DNA of 64,000 nt from Candidatus Staskawiczbacteria bacterium (GCA_903835075.1 CAILLM010000002.1:16920-80919); one strand, 5' to 3'; numbered from the stretch's first letter, positions 19,690-29,580 are shown. Translations and numbers: made by a program. The notes: a model not told the origin generated them from the sequence alone.

Positions 19690-20307
19690 TTAGTCGCCGG
19701 GGTCATACATGCAAACTCCGCAAGCGGGGCAGTGGCGCGGACGAGGGTGGGACAATGTGGCATAAGCCGTGTGGTCGCACGTTCCATCGTCATGTTTGTG
19801 GCCTAGAGCCATCAGCTTTCTGTCAGCTTCTTCGGCAGCAACGCGCTTGTCTATTTCCATCCACGCCTGCATCGCCCTGATTGTGCCTACTGCGGTGGAA
19901 TTGGGATTGTCGTCGCATGATTCTCGGCATGCGTATTCCCGCATCCAGTTGAGCATTGAATCGATTTCCTGTGGAAGATCTGCTTCCGATCTGGATTTGA
20001 GCCATTTTGCCAATTCCTTGAAGATTGGAATTAAATCTTTTTGCAATCGCGTAATCCAAGCGTCGATGGCTTCGGCGCGAGTTGGAAAAAGATCGTCAGG
20101 GCGTGCAGGATAGGCTGTGCGTTCGCTGAAGTCGCCAGATTGGTCTACTTGCTTCACATAAATCAATTGGTTGTTTTTGTCACGGTCAAGATTTGCTCGA
20201 CTTGGCGTGTTGGTCCTTGTGACTTCAACAATTTTTGCAGAGTGCGGATAGGTATGTCTAATTGCCCAAGCTGTTTGGGTGGTCCATTCGGTTGCTGGTG
20301 TGTTCAT
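19690..20307 (-). CDS. Hypothetical protein, paralog of 20346-20750, with Cys/His-rich tail
   Basis: Start set at MNTPATEW. The leader actaccaaaatcATG is shared with the paralog. Very GC-rich: 40 of 60 G+C by hand count over 19691-19750. Confidence 0.6.
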   Translation of the reverse strand: MNTPATEWTTQTAWAIRHTYPHSAKIVEVTRTNTPSRANLDRDKNNQLIYVKQVDQSGDFSERTAYPARPDDLFPTRAEAIDAWITRLQKDLIPIFKELAKWLKSRSEADLPQEIDSMLNWMREYACRESCDDNPNSTAVGTIRAMQAWMEIDKRVAAEEADRKLMALGHKHDDGTCDHTAYATLSHPRPRHCPACGVCMYDPGD

Positions 20308-20345
20308 GATTTTGGTAGTTGTTGTTAGAGATTTAGTCACCAAGG

Positions 20346-20750
20346 TTATGCCTGAGGGCAAAGAGTTCTTCTGTCGGCTTCTCCCACCACCCCCTGCGAC
20401 AATTCCATCCAGTTGCGCATTGCATTTATTGCGCCTTCGGCGGTAGAGCCTTCTTTTGGTAGCGTTAGGTCAATCCACTTTATGAGCTCTTGTTCAATCA
20501 CGCAATGATGTTTCTCCAGTCGGCTTATCCACTCAGCAACAGCAGTTTCGCGAGTTGGGAAAATGTCAGTTTTATTTGCCAGAAACGTCTGGTGGTGTTC
20601 AAGTCCTCCCAATTGGTTGATCGGCACTACCCAAAATGTATCTTTCTGGGTAGATTCACCTATATTTATTTCAATTATTTCCGCGCGGAAATTTATGTCA
20701 GGCTTAATCGCCCACATATTAGGTGGCGATGGATGTGTTGGTTTACTCAT
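20346..20750 (-). CDS. Hypothetical protein, paralog of 19690-20307
   Basis: Start set at MSKPTHP with the shared leader. TRETAVAEWISRLEK and GAINAMRNWMEL align with TRAEAIDAWITRLQK and GTIRAMQAWMEI in the neighbour. Confidence 0.6.
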   Translation of the reverse strand: MSKPTHPSPPNMWAIKPDINFRAEIIEINIGESTQKDTFWVVPINQLGGLEHHQTFLANKTDIFPTRETAVAEWISRLEKHHCVIEQELIKWIDLTLPKEGSTAEGAINAMRNWMELSQGVVGEADRRTLCPQA

Positions 20751-20832
20751 GATTTTGGTAGTCAATGGTTGGTAATGAGCCAGCTTATTTTTACAATAGG
20801 GAAGTGGATTTGTCAATGAAAAAGAGGTATTC

Positions 20833-20860
20833 TTGACAAAACATATGGAAATGATATAAT
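20833..20860 (+). promoter_or_regulatory. Sigma-70 promoter for the glycosyltransferase gene
   Basis: TTGACA, 16 nt spacer, TATAAT. Confidence 0.6.
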
Positions 20861-20902
20861 TGATTATGAGCTCAGACCTCAAATGGCCGAGCTTTTTATT
20901 AA

Positions 20903-22048
20903 ATGAAAGTATTAACAAACATAAAATTTGCCCACACAGCCGGAATTGCTCAGGTGGTTTTATCATTTATGGATTTTGTTGAAAAAAGTAAGGGAAAAGA
21001 TTTGAATATTGTGGCTGTAACTATTTTAAATAAAAATAAAAAAACCTTTAAAAAAACAAGCACAAACAAGACAAGTACAGTTTCAATTGGGGCTGTAATT
21101 CCCGACATTGCACAAGTTGTAAATAAAGCCAAAAATTTAGCTGAAGTGAAAAAAGCTTACGAAAAAGTTATTTCTGCATACCAAACAGTCATAAAAAAAG
21201 AAAAACCAGATTTAATTTTAATAAATGGTACATATTTTATGCCTTGGTGTTTACTGCAAGCAAGTGAAAGAGAAAGTGTTCCTGCTGTTTTGCATTATCA
21301 TGGTGTTTTAATGAAGGAAGTTGTAAATTGGGGCACCAGACAAAAGAAAATTTTCTTAGAAATGGAAAAGTGTTTTGATAAAAAAGATATGTTTTATATT
21401 TTTCCATCAGAAATAACAAAAAATGTTGTTGAAAAGGAAGTTTTTAAACATAAAATAAAAAAATTAGCAGTTATACCAAATCCAATTTCTGCACATTTTT
21501 TTGATGGCAAAGATATAGTGCATGAAATATCTCAAAAAAGAAATATTGGAATTGTGAGCAGATGGACAGGAATTAAAAATGTTCAGTTTTGTGAAAACTT
21601 AGCAAAATATAACAGCAAAAATGGTAATAAATTTGTGGTAAATGTAATAACAGACATAAGTAAAAGCCATAAAAGTTATAAAAAACTTTCAAAAGTTATT
21701 ACTTTTCACAAACCCAAAAATAACAAAGAGTTGGTTTCATTTTACAAAAATATGGATGTGGTAATTAGTCCATCTCATTTTGAAACTTACGGCAATGTTG
21801 CAAAAGAATCAATTGCTTCTGGCACGCCAGCAATGGTTAGTAGTAATATGGGAGTGTCGGAAACATTTAATAATTTAGGATTGGGGGACTGGATTATAAA
21901 TTTTGATTCTGTAAAATCTGTTTACGCTAAAATTGAAAGTATAATGGGGGAGACCGTTCACATAGATGTTAAAGATAAAATGAAAAAACTTTATGCGCCC
22001 TACATAATTTTTAGTCAAATTTCTTCCATTCTAATTTCCGAAATGTAA
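20903..22048 (+). CDS. Glycosyltransferase, GT4/group 1-like
   Basis: C-terminal SHFETYGNVAKESIASGTPAMVS (E-x7-E-type motif). Confidence 0.7.
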   Translation: MKVLTNIKFAHTAGIAQVVLSFMDFVEKSKGKDLNIVAVTILNKNKKTFKKTSTNKTSTVSIGAVIPDIAQVVNKAKNLAEVKKAYEKVISAYQTVIKKEKPDLILINGTYFMPWCLLQASERESVPAVLHYHGVLMKEVVNWGTRQKKIFLEMEKCFDKKDMFYIFPSEITKNVVEKEVFKHKIKKLAVIPNPISAHFFDGKDIVHEISQKRNIGIVSRWTGIKNVQFCENLAKYNSKNGNKFVVNVITDISKSHKSYKKLSKVITFHKPKNNKELVSFYKNMDVVISPSHFETYGNVAKESIASGTPAMVSSNMGVSETFNNLGLGDWIINFDSVKSVYAKIESIMGETVHIDVKDKMKKLYAPYIIFSQISSILISEM

Positions 22049-22152
22049 AAAGGCAAACAAAAAAGCAGACGTCGGGCGTCTGCTTTTTTGTTGTGTCTTA
22101 CAAAACGCGTAACGTTTGGAGAAAAGTAAGGAAAAGTGTTTTTATAATTTTA

Positions 22153-23562
22153 CTAGCCGGCACAATATTTTACAAATAGTTTTTGGCGTTTGGAAATATC
22201 TGAAGAAGATATTTTCTTTAATTCAGCAGAGGCTTGTTTAGATAATTTTTTAAAATGTTTATCAACTTCTAGTGCTTTTGGGTTAACACAAAAAGCTAAA
22301 TTATTTATTCCTAACAAGTTTAAGCCCTTTAAAGATTTCAATCGTGACAACGCAACATAACCCATACCAGCTAAAAAACATTTAGATAAATCCATTTCTG
22401 CCGAATCTAAGTTCATGCCTTGAGACTTGTGAACAGTAATTGCCCAAGCAAGCCGTAAAGGAATTTGTGAAATTCCAGCCACAATAGTGGTTTTGTCGCC
22501 CCCGATAGTCGCGTCTGGCTCTTCAATTGTCCAATCAGTGTAAGTAACAGTAATTCTTTTGCCTTCTTCGGTTTCTACAACTGGTAAATCAGCTGCAACA
22601 AAGTCCACAACTTTTCCTTGGGTTCCATTTACATAACCTGCTTCAAAATTATTTTTAATAAACATAACATGCGCACCCTCTTTTAAAATTAATTTTTCTG
22701 GGGCCAAGCAACTTTTTTTCAAAATGTCTGAAACAACCGGATTTCCACGAAAAGTCATTTGGTAGCGATACTCTTTACCCTTTATTTTATTTAATTCGGT
22801 GTAATTTATGGTGTCGACATCTATGTTGTGTGTATACAACTTGGTCATTATTTTTTCCCTTCGACTACGCTCATGGCCTAGGTTGTTGCGTTCTAAAAGC
22901 AACAACTCTCGGGATTTTTCAGCTTCATTTTCTCTTATGTGGTTTAAAATTTTGGTAAGTTTTTTATCTTTTGTTCGGTATTGTTCATCTAAATAACAAA
23001 TTTTCATTTCCATTTTTTTCCAAATATCAGACTCCGTAACAAATCCTTGCTTATTTTTATTTGCATCAAAAAGTTCACCCTGGGTTATATTTTCATGCTT
23101 GCCCTGAGCGGAGTCGAAGGGTCTATAAACCGGCGGAAGTTGAAAAAAATCTCCAGAGCAAACAACTTGCATCCCGCCAAAAGGGCGCGGATTACGTTTT
23201 ATAAATTGGCAAATTTTATTTACTGCTTCAAACTGGCTGGCTTTAATCATTGATATCTCATCAATAATTAAAACATTTGTGTTTTTTATTCTTTTTCGTA
23301 AATATCCACGTTCGCATGCTTTTTTAATTTCTGAATCATCAAGCTCATCACGAATTCCAAGCCCGCTCCACGAATGTAAAGTAACTCCGCCCATATGAGT
23401 GGCAGCAATTCCAGTGCTAGCAGTTACAGAAACTACAATATTATTCTTTTTTAAATATTGAATATATTTGTTTAATAAAAAAGTTTTTCCGCTTCCCGGC
23501 GGACCTGTTAAAAAAGTATTGTATCCCGATTTTAATATGTCTAGCGCTTCTTTTTGTTTCAT
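22153..23562 (-). CDS. PIF1/RecD-like ATP-dependent DNA helicase
   Basis: GPPGSGKT, LIIDEISMI, TVHKSQG. Start set at MKQKEAL. Two in-frame GC-rich elements at 22858-22883 and 23101-23121. Confidence 0.85.
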   Translation of the reverse strand: MKQKEALDILKSGYNTFLTGPPGSGKTFLLNKYIQYLKKNNIVVSVTASTGIAATHMGGVTLHSWSGLGIRDELDDSEIKKACERGYLRKRIKNTNVLIIDEISMIKASQFEAVNKICQFIKRNPRPFGGMQVVCSGDFFQLPPVYRPFDSAQGKHENITQGELFDANKNKQGFVTESDIWKKMEMKICYLDEQYRTKDKKLTKILNHIRENEAEKSRELLLLERNNLGHERSRREKIMTKLYTHNIDVDTINYTELNKIKGKEYRYQMTFRGNPVVSDILKKSCLAPEKLILKEGAHVMFIKNNFEAGYVNGTQGKVVDFVAADLPVVETEEGKRITVTYTDWTIEEPDATIGGDKTTIVAGISQIPLRLAWAITVHKSQGMNLDSAEMDLSKCFLAGMGYVALSRLKSLKGLNLLGINNLAFCVNPKALEVDKHFKKLSKQASAELKKISSSDISKRQKLFVKYCAG

Positions 23563-23564
23563 TT

Positions 23565-24800
23565 TTATGCGTTGTTGCCGGCGATGTAGCCGGTGGTCCA
23601 ACAAATTTGCAAACTGTAGCCGCCAGAGGGGCGGTCAATGTCTAAAATGTCACCAGTTAAATATAAATTTGGAATTATGCGAGACTGCATTGTTTTAAAA
23701 TTTACTTCTGCCAAATCCACTCCACTGGATGAAGCCATTGCACGGTTGGCAATTAATCCAGAAACATTAAGTGGAAGTGCTTTTATTGTGGAAATTATTT
23801 TTTTACGGTTTTGTGCAGTTAAATTGTTATTTTTTATTTCTGCGTTTATTTCTAAAATTTCTAAAATTGCTAAAGCAACTGAAGATGGAATTAACTCACT
23901 TAAATTATTTTTAATTTGTTTGTTGGCGTTTTCTTGAAAAAGATTTTGAAGTTTTGTTTGTAAATCTGAAGCCTTAATTTTTGGCAGTAAATCTATTTTG
24001 ATTGTCACTTTTCCTGATTTTAGTAAGTCACCAACTTGTTTGCTGATATTAAATATGGTTGGTCCTGAAACGCCAAAATGGGTAAATAAAATTTCGCCGT
24101 CAATAGAAAACTTCTTTTTATTGTCTTGAAAAACCGTTATATTTATATCGTTAAGCGTCACGCCCGTCAATTTTTTTGGCCAATTATCGCTTAAAGCAAC
24201 GGGAGCTAAAGCAACATTATTCTTTGTAATTTTGTGTCCCATTTTTTCTAACCAGTCAAAAACTTCGCCAGTTGAGCCGGTTTCGGGGTAGGAATTTCCG
24301 CCAGTTGCCAAAATGCAAGATTTTGCTGATACGGTTTCACTCCCGCCTATTTCAATAATTATATTTTTAGTTTTTTCGTCAATGGAAATTTTTGTAACTT
24401 CAGAATTCGTTTTTATTTCTACGTTATTTTTTTGTAAATATTTTGTTAATGTTTCTAAAACATTTTTGGCGCTGTTGGAAGTGGGGAATACTCGGCCGTT
24501 ATTTTCTTCTTTTGTTTTTATGCCAATTTTTTCAAAAAATTCTAAAGTTTTTTTTACATCAAATTGTGCAAAAGCTGAAAAAAGAAACTTGCCACTGTTT
24601 CTATATTTTTTTAAAATATTTTCTGGCGTTATATTTTTGTTGGTTAAATTGCACCTTCCGCCACCTGTAAGCAATAATTTTTTGCCAAGAGTGGCATTTT
24701 TTTCTAATAATAAAACCGAGCGACCCCTTTGCGCCGCCCTACCAGCTGACAAGATGCCCGCCGGTCCCGCGCCAATTACTATTATGTCGTATGTTTCCAT
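23565..24800 (-). CDS. HI0933/BaiN-like FAD-dependent oxidoreductase
   Basis: IVIGAGPAGILSAG dinucleotide-binding motif and GGGRCNLTN signature. Confidence 0.85.
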   Translation of the reverse strand: METYDIIVIGAGPAGILSAGRAAQRGRSVLLLEKNATLGKKLLLTGGGRCNLTNKNITPENILKKYRNSGKFLFSAFAQFDVKKTLEFFEKIGIKTKEENNGRVFPTSNSAKNVLETLTKYLQKNNVEIKTNSEVTKISIDEKTKNIIIEIGGSETVSAKSCILATGGNSYPETGSTGEVFDWLEKMGHKITKNNVALAPVALSDNWPKKLTGVTLNDINITVFQDNKKKFSIDGEILFTHFGVSGPTIFNISKQVGDLLKSGKVTIKIDLLPKIKASDLQTKLQNLFQENANKQIKNNLSELIPSSVALAILEILEINAEIKNNNLTAQNRKKIISTIKALPLNVSGLIANRAMASSSGVDLAEVNFKTMQSRIIPNLYLTGDILDIDRPSGGYSLQICWTTGYIAGNNA

Positions 24801-25906
24801 GATCCTAAAATTAATTCTGTAATTTTTTTAAATAACCAAGCTAGTCCAATAAAAAATGCCAAGTATAAAATAGTTGCTAACCATGCGGGAAAATATTTAT
24901 AAATAAAATCATAACGGTAGAGAATTGGCCAGTGAAGTAGATAAATTTCGTAAGAATAAACACCAAAAAGTTGAAGCAACTTAAAGTCTAATTTTTTAAT
25001 TGAGAAAAGCCAAACAATTGCCAGCATTGTAATTACGCTAGTTAATTGACCTTTTGTGCCTGTAAAATAATAAGACAACCAGCCAATAAAAACCAAGAGT
25101 AATGCAATTAGCACATAATGCCCAATTAAAGAAGCGCGTTGCTTCAGCCAGTTTTTTCCGGCAATAAATTTTGTATAAAATTTACTAGATTTTGTGTCGG
25201 GCTGATTTGGTAGTTGGTAGAAGATCCATGAAGCAACAATTCCCAACGGAAAGGCTAGAATGTGTAAATTATAAAAAAATGCTACACCACTTATTACAGG
25301 GAAGTTAAAAATTAAAATTATATAACTTATGGCATAAATTACTATTGCTGATAACCACGGGCGTTTTTTTGAAAATAAAACAGGGTAAAGCAAATAGTAA
25401 AATAAAATGAAAGTAAAATACCAAAACGGTGAGTTAACGTCTTTGTATAAGTCGGCAGTGGTAAAAATTCCAAAAATTGCTTTTGTGACAAATTGCCAAG
25501 GATAGTCAATGTTAAAAACAAAAAAATCAATAAGTAAAAAAGAAAATAAAGCCAACCAAAATGGTACAAATAATTTTAAAAAGTTTTTTTTATAAAATTC
25601 TAGTGTTGATAATGGTTTTCTAAACATACTAGCTGTAAGCCCCAATCCCGACAGAAATAAAAATATATCTACTCCAATGCCTGACATTCCTGATAATGGA
25701 AATAAAAAACTGTGATCAGTTACCAGAAAATATCCAATATGGGAAAAAAGAATTAATAAAATTGCCAAACCTTTTAATTCTTGACTTTGCGCAATGGGAA
25801 AAAATGTTTGGTCTTTTTTTATGCGCGTGAAAAGCAAAAATACCACCAGCATTATGGCTTCAAAAATTAATGTTGAAAAAACCGGATTATTTATTGAAAT
25901 TAGCAT
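24782..25906 (-). CDS. Acyltransferase family 3 membrane protein
   Basis: 374 aa, about 10 TM segments, OafA-like layout. Adjacent to an SGNH hydrolase. Confidence 0.7.
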   Translation of the reverse strand: MLISINNPVFSTLIFEAIMLVVFLLFTRIKKDQTFFPIAQSQELKGLAILLILFSHIGYFLVTDHSFLFPLSGMSGIGVDIFLFLSGLGLTASMFRKPLSTLEFYKKNFLKLFVPFWLALFSFLLIDFFVFNIDYPWQFVTKAIFGIFTTADLYKDVNSPFWYFTFILFYYLLYPVLFSKKRPWLSAIVIYAISYIILIFNFPVISGVAFFYNLHILAFPLGIVASWIFYQLPNQPDTKSSKFYTKFIAGKNWLKQRASLIGHYVLIALLLVFIGWLSYYFTGTKGQLTSVITMLAIVWLFSIKKLDFKLLQLFGVYSYEIYLLHWPILYRYDFIYKYFPAWLATILYLAFFIGLAWLFKKITELILGSWKHTT

Positions 25907-26660
25907 AAATTATGTTTGCCCATAGCGCATAACCTGTGGCTGATGGGTGAAATAAATCTTTTGAATAATATGAATTTGATTTTTCTCCCTTCGGGAGATC
26001 TCCCGTAGGGTGATTAAATTCTTCTTTGGCAGGAGAATATAAATCAATATAACTTAAATTATATTTTGTTGCCAAATTTTTAATTATTTTGTTGAATTGA
26101 TTTGTTTTAAAATCAAAATAATAGTTCCAAGGAGGTAGAATTAAGGTATTTGCTCCTATATAGGGAATATTAATTAAATAAATTTTAGCAGAAGTTTTTG
26201 TGGTTAGTTGTTTTATGATTTCTTCATAATTTTTTTGAAATTCTGATTTTGAAACAAAGTTGTGGATGTCATTAACTCCAATTAGTAGAGTAGCAACATT
26301 AGGGTTGCTGGCAACTGCTTGTGGAAGAAAAAAATTTTTTACGTCAATGCTTTTGTAGCCAAGCTCGGAAAGATTTTTTAAGGTTATGCTGTTATTTTGA
26401 GCAAGGTTTTTGGCAATTAAATATGGGTAAGTTTGTTGGTAGTTTTCAGTACCTGCTCCTGCCGTTAGACTGTCACCCATAGCGATGTAAACTAGATTTG
26501 TTTTACTAATATTGTTGCTAATTGTATAGGTTTGGCTTTTTTCTGGAGTTTTTAAGTTGGCATTATGAATTTCTTGGTAAATGTAGGCGTAAGCTCGATT
26601 CAAATAAACCACAGATGTAGTTAAAATTAATAAAATAATAAATAGAGCAATTTTTTTCAT
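25887..26660 (-). CDS. SGNH/GDSL hydrolase
   Basis: AMGDSLTAG, GVNDI and DLFHPS blocks. Start set at MKKIALF (signal peptide). In-frame GC-rich element at 25984-26010. Confidence 0.8.
   Translation of the reverse strand: MKKIALFIILLILTTSVVYLNRAYAYIYQEIHNANLKTPEKSQTYTISNNISKTNLVYIAMGDSLTAGAGTENYQQTYPYLIAKNLAQNNSITLKNLSELGYKSIDVKNFFLPQAVASNPNVATLLIGVNDIHNFVSKSEFQKNYEEIIKQLTTKTSAKIYLINIPYIGANTLILPPWNYYFDFKTNQFNKIIKNLATKYNLSYIDLYSPAKEEFNHPTGDLPKGEKSNSYYSKDLFHPSATGYALWANIIYANFNK
25984..26010. repeat. GC-rich double mini-hairpin element, in-frame in the SGNH hydrolase
   Basis: tctcccttcgggagatctcccgtaggg, a near-identical copy of 10706-10733. Encodes PTGDLPKGE. Confidence 0.85.
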
Positions 26661-26747
26661 GTTATATTTTATTATTCTATCATAAAATTTTTTACTTGTC
26701 CTAAAAGAAGTCAAAGGACATAAAAAAAGAGAGCAAATAAATGCTCT

Positions 26748-26969
26748 TTATCTAACTTCTTGCAACCATTGGCAAGCACTGTGTTGGCAACGACATTTGC
26801 GAATTTTTACTTCACAGCCACGGACACTGCAGTTTATTTTCCCTTTTTTCTCTATTTTGATAGCTTCAACATGTGGACATAGGCCATGCCTTGAAATTTC
26901 TCCTGGGCGTATTGGGGTATGGGCTTGTGGATGCGTTGTGCTATAGTGTACATTTGCATGTTTTTCCAT
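26748..26969 (-). CDS. Small Cys/His-rich protein
   Basis: 73-aa ORF, 9 Cys, higher G+C. Confidence 0.4.
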   Translation of the reverse strand: MEKHANVHYSTTHPQAHTPIRPGEISRHGLCPHVEAIKIEKKGKINCSVRGCEVKIRKCRCQHSACQWLQEVR

Positions 26970-26974
26970 AAGTT

Positions 26975-27313
26975 TTATTTCAGGTTAGTATTTTTTGATG
27001 GCCTATAATTTTTAAATTTGCGAGGTGATATTTTTTGTCTTTTACCATTCTTAGCGTTCCAAATCATAACTACTAAGTTCATTGTCAAATAGTCATGTGG
27101 TTTATTTTTTAGTATTTCTATAATAAGCAGAGCGTAAAGCACTTCAGCGATATGATTACAATAAGTCATCTTAATCTTTGGTGCTCTTCGTACACAAAAG
27201 CGTAGATGCTTGCAACCGGTTTTGAAACAATAGTTTACAGCTTTCTGGTCTCCAATAGGGCGTTGTTTTTGCACGCAAAACGCTTCAATCATCTGAGCCT
27301 CCTTTGTTGTCAA
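26975..27313 (-). CDS. Hypothetical Cys-containing protein
   Basis: 112-aa ORF preceded by the shared 14-mer promoter module at 27360-27373. Confidence 0.45.
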   Translation of the reverse strand: MTTKEAQMIEAFCVQKQRPIGDQKAVNYCFKTGCKHLRFCVRRAPKIKMTYCNHIAEVLYALLIIEILKNKPHDYLTMNLVVMIWNAKNGKRQKISPRKFKNYRPSKNTNLK

Positions 27314-27467
27314 CGAACAGTTCGTTGGGTTAATTTAATGCTATTCTTTTGTTATTTTTTGTCAACTAAAAAACACCGCTTGTTGGCGTTTTTTAAAATT
27401 GCTCCGGTGTTTGGATTGTCAAACTATTGAAATATTTTATTTTATTTAGTAGTATAAATCTAAACAA

Positions 27468-27540
27468 TCCGGTGTAGCTCAATGGTAGAGCAACTCCCTG
27501 TTAAGGAGTGGGTTCTTGGTTCGAGTCCAGGCACCGGAGC
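27468..27540 (+). tRNA. tRNA-Asn (GTT)
   Basis: Hand-folded cloverleaf. Acceptor tccggtg/caccgga, anticodon loop ctGTTaa, T-loop ttcgagt. Confidence 0.85.
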
Positions 27541-27718
27541 ATATAAAAACCACCTTTTAATTGAGGTGGTTTTTGTTTGTCGTTTATATTGACAAAATTT
27601 ATAAATATGTGTTAGGGTATTACTATAGTTCACTAAAAATACTGTGCTGAGTATCGGGTTTTTATTGAACCAAATTAAATCAGAAATCTAACAACAAAAC
27701 GCTTGAAAGGAAAAAACA

Positions 27719-27907
27719 ATGGCAAAGAAGGAAGAGTTTGTTGTTGCGGTGAAGGATGTTTCAACTGGAAAAATTCTTCCCGGCAAAAAGCTGGCGCAAT
27801 ACCGCAAACAGGAGTTTGCCGAGCGCGACCACTGGAATCTCGCAAAAAGGGAGGGCTTGGAGCTCTGGCGTACCGGGATTTTTCTCGGTAACAAGCTGGT
27901 TTCTTGA
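27719..27907 (+). CDS. Small hypothetical protein (62 aa)
   Basis: aaaggaaaaaacaATG RBS-like leader, with a strong terminator immediately downstream. Confidence 0.5.
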   Translation: MAKKEEFVVAVKDVSTGKILPGKKLAQYRKQEFAERDHWNLAKREGLELWRTGIFLGNKLVS

Positions 27908-27944
27908 CAAGCCATACCCATAGGACCGAGCAGACCAACTGCTT

Positions 27945-27974
27945 AGAGCGATGTCACAATCGCTCTCTTTTTTT
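27945..27974 (+). terminator. Rho-independent terminator
   Basis: agagcgat-gtcaca-atcgctct hairpin followed by a T-run. Confidence 0.75.
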
Positions 27975-28017
27975 ATTTATGGTAAAATAAATTAATATAT
28001 TAAATATAAAAAATAAT

Positions 28018-28452
28018 ATGTCAGAAAAAAAATTAGATGAGCAGGTCAAAGTAAAAACGTGGCACGAGAAGCATAAAGAAAGTTTGTCTATTGGGCAAAA
28101 AATTGCTGATGGGTTAGCAAAAGGAATGGGGTCATGGGGATTTATAATAATTCAAACAATTTTAGTGATTGCTTGGATGGTTTGTAACATAATTGCCATT
28201 GTGCAACATTGGGATCCATATCCATTTATTTTGTTGAACTTACTATTTTCAACTCAGGCAGCTTATGCAGCCCCAATAATTATGATGTCGCAAAATAGGC
28301 AAAATGACAGGGACAGAATTCAAGCCTTAGAAGATTTTAAAACAAATGTGGACGCTAAAAAAGAAATTGAAGAAATGCAAAAAGCAATTGCTAGAATTGA
28401 AAATGAAAAACTGGGCGAAATTTTAAAAGCAATTGAAGAGCTTAAAAAATAA
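28018..28452 (+). CDS. DUF1003 family membrane protein
   Basis: WDPYPFILLNLLFSTQAAYAAPIIMMSQNRQ signature. Confidence 0.75.
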   Translation: MSEKKLDEQVKVKTWHEKHKESLSIGQKIADGLAKGMGSWGFIIIQTILVIAWMVCNIIAIVQHWDPYPFILLNLLFSTQAAYAAPIIMMSQNRQNDRDRIQALEDFKTNVDAKKEIEEMQKAIARIENEKLGEILKAIEELKK

Positions 28453-28623
28453 ATATTTATTTTAGAAAAACTGTCGAAAGACAGTTTTTTGGTTGTATGG
28501 GGAGTTAGGGGTGGTTCGGCACATGGCGAGTAGAGCGTTGGCACTCTTGAGGGGCTAGGGAACCCTGAGACGAATTTAGTGGTGAAAACCATAAAAGCAC
28601 CACTTGATTAAGCCGAATGTGGC

Positions 28624-28652
28624 TTGACAATGCAATTTATTTATGATATTAT
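28624..28652 (+). promoter_or_regulatory. Sigma-70 promoter with a ~175-nt leader
   Basis: TTGACA, 17 nt spacer, TATTAT. Confidence 0.6.
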
Positions 28653-28827
28653 AGAAACAGTTCTTTTACTATACGTTTGTCTCGTTCTAGTGCCTGTAAA
28701 AGTAGGGAAGTAGTTTTTTTTATCTATTTTTATAGGCACTGGAATTTAACGAGATTATTCCAACTGCCCAAATCAACCGAATCTCGAATTCTAAACACAG
28801 ACCTCCAAAAAAACGGAAAGTCAGACC

Positions 28828-29580
28828 ATGAAAAATACACAGTTAAGTAAAGAACAAATCGAGCACTTCTATAACAACGTGCTGACTCCCCTAAACATCA
28901 CTCGGACCGAGTGGCAATATGTCCTCGAATCGGGCATCATACCCGATATTATCGCCGGAAAGCGGCGTCGAGGATACTTTGTCCGAGGTGAAGTTCGGCA
29001 GGCGCTCGGCCTTGACGAATGGCCAGAGCCAACCTACTTTGATGTTATCGTGAAAGTTAACCGCAGCCTCACGCTACGGGATTCGCTAATTATTACGGGA
29101 TGTGAAATCCAGCCCGAAAATATTCCCGACCGCTCGTTTGCCGGACCCCCCGAAGAGAACGTCACTGTGACTATTTTCCACTTCGGCAAAGGCCGACAGA
29201 TGGAACACGAGGAGGTTTTTGAAGAGCTGAGGGCTTATGGATATCGGCCGGTTTTGGTCGAAGAAATTCTTGCCCTTAGTGCTCAGAAGCCGCACCTTCA
29301 GTCTAAATTCCCGATTGCGGGAGTGGGCTGCAACCAAGGTGTTCATCTCTTCTGGATGATCGACAGTCCTGTCACAAGGACTGGGCCAAGGAAGCGTCGC
29401 GTTGGCATCTTCAACAAATATGATACGGTCTATGATTTCTATCGAGTCGCGGCAGTGAGAGACTTGAGCATCGTTGCGACCAAGTACTTCTCCTCTTTCG
29501 CTACCACGGAAGAAAAGGAAGTCCTGTTCGTGGACGCTGAGCATGCTGCCATGGAGTCAGCTTATCGGACAGTTGAATAA
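28828..29580 (+). CDS. Hypothetical protein (GC-rich islet)
   Basis: 250-aa ORF with no recognised motif. Own promoter and a terminator at 29753-29782. Confidence 0.6.
   Translation: MKNTQLSKEQIEHFYNNVLTPLNITRTEWQYVLESGIIPDIIAGKRRRGYFVRGEVRQALGLDEWPEPTYFDVIVKVNRSLTLRDSLIITGCEIQPENIPDRSFAGPPEENVTVTIFHFGKGRQMEHEEVFEELRAYGYRPVLVEEILALSAQKPHLQSKFPIAGVGCNQGVHLFWMIDSPVTRTGPRKRRVGIFNKYDTVYDFYRVAAVRDLSIVATKYFSSFATTEEKEVLFVDAEHAAMESAYRTVE

Noticed and set aside
20751-20966. 5' extensions of the GC-islet ORFs (20751-20966 and 20308-20361)
   Set aside because: The extensions run through AT-rich promoter DNA, including a divergent TTGACA/TATAAT promoter. The two paralogs share an identical leader immediately before internal ATGs, which I used as the starts.
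27675-27938. Four mutually overlapping 60-90-aa ORFs on both strands around 27.7-27.9 kb
   Set aside because: Only 27719-27907 (+) has an RBS-like leader and a strong terminator directly downstream. The others are probably by-products of the local high G+C.
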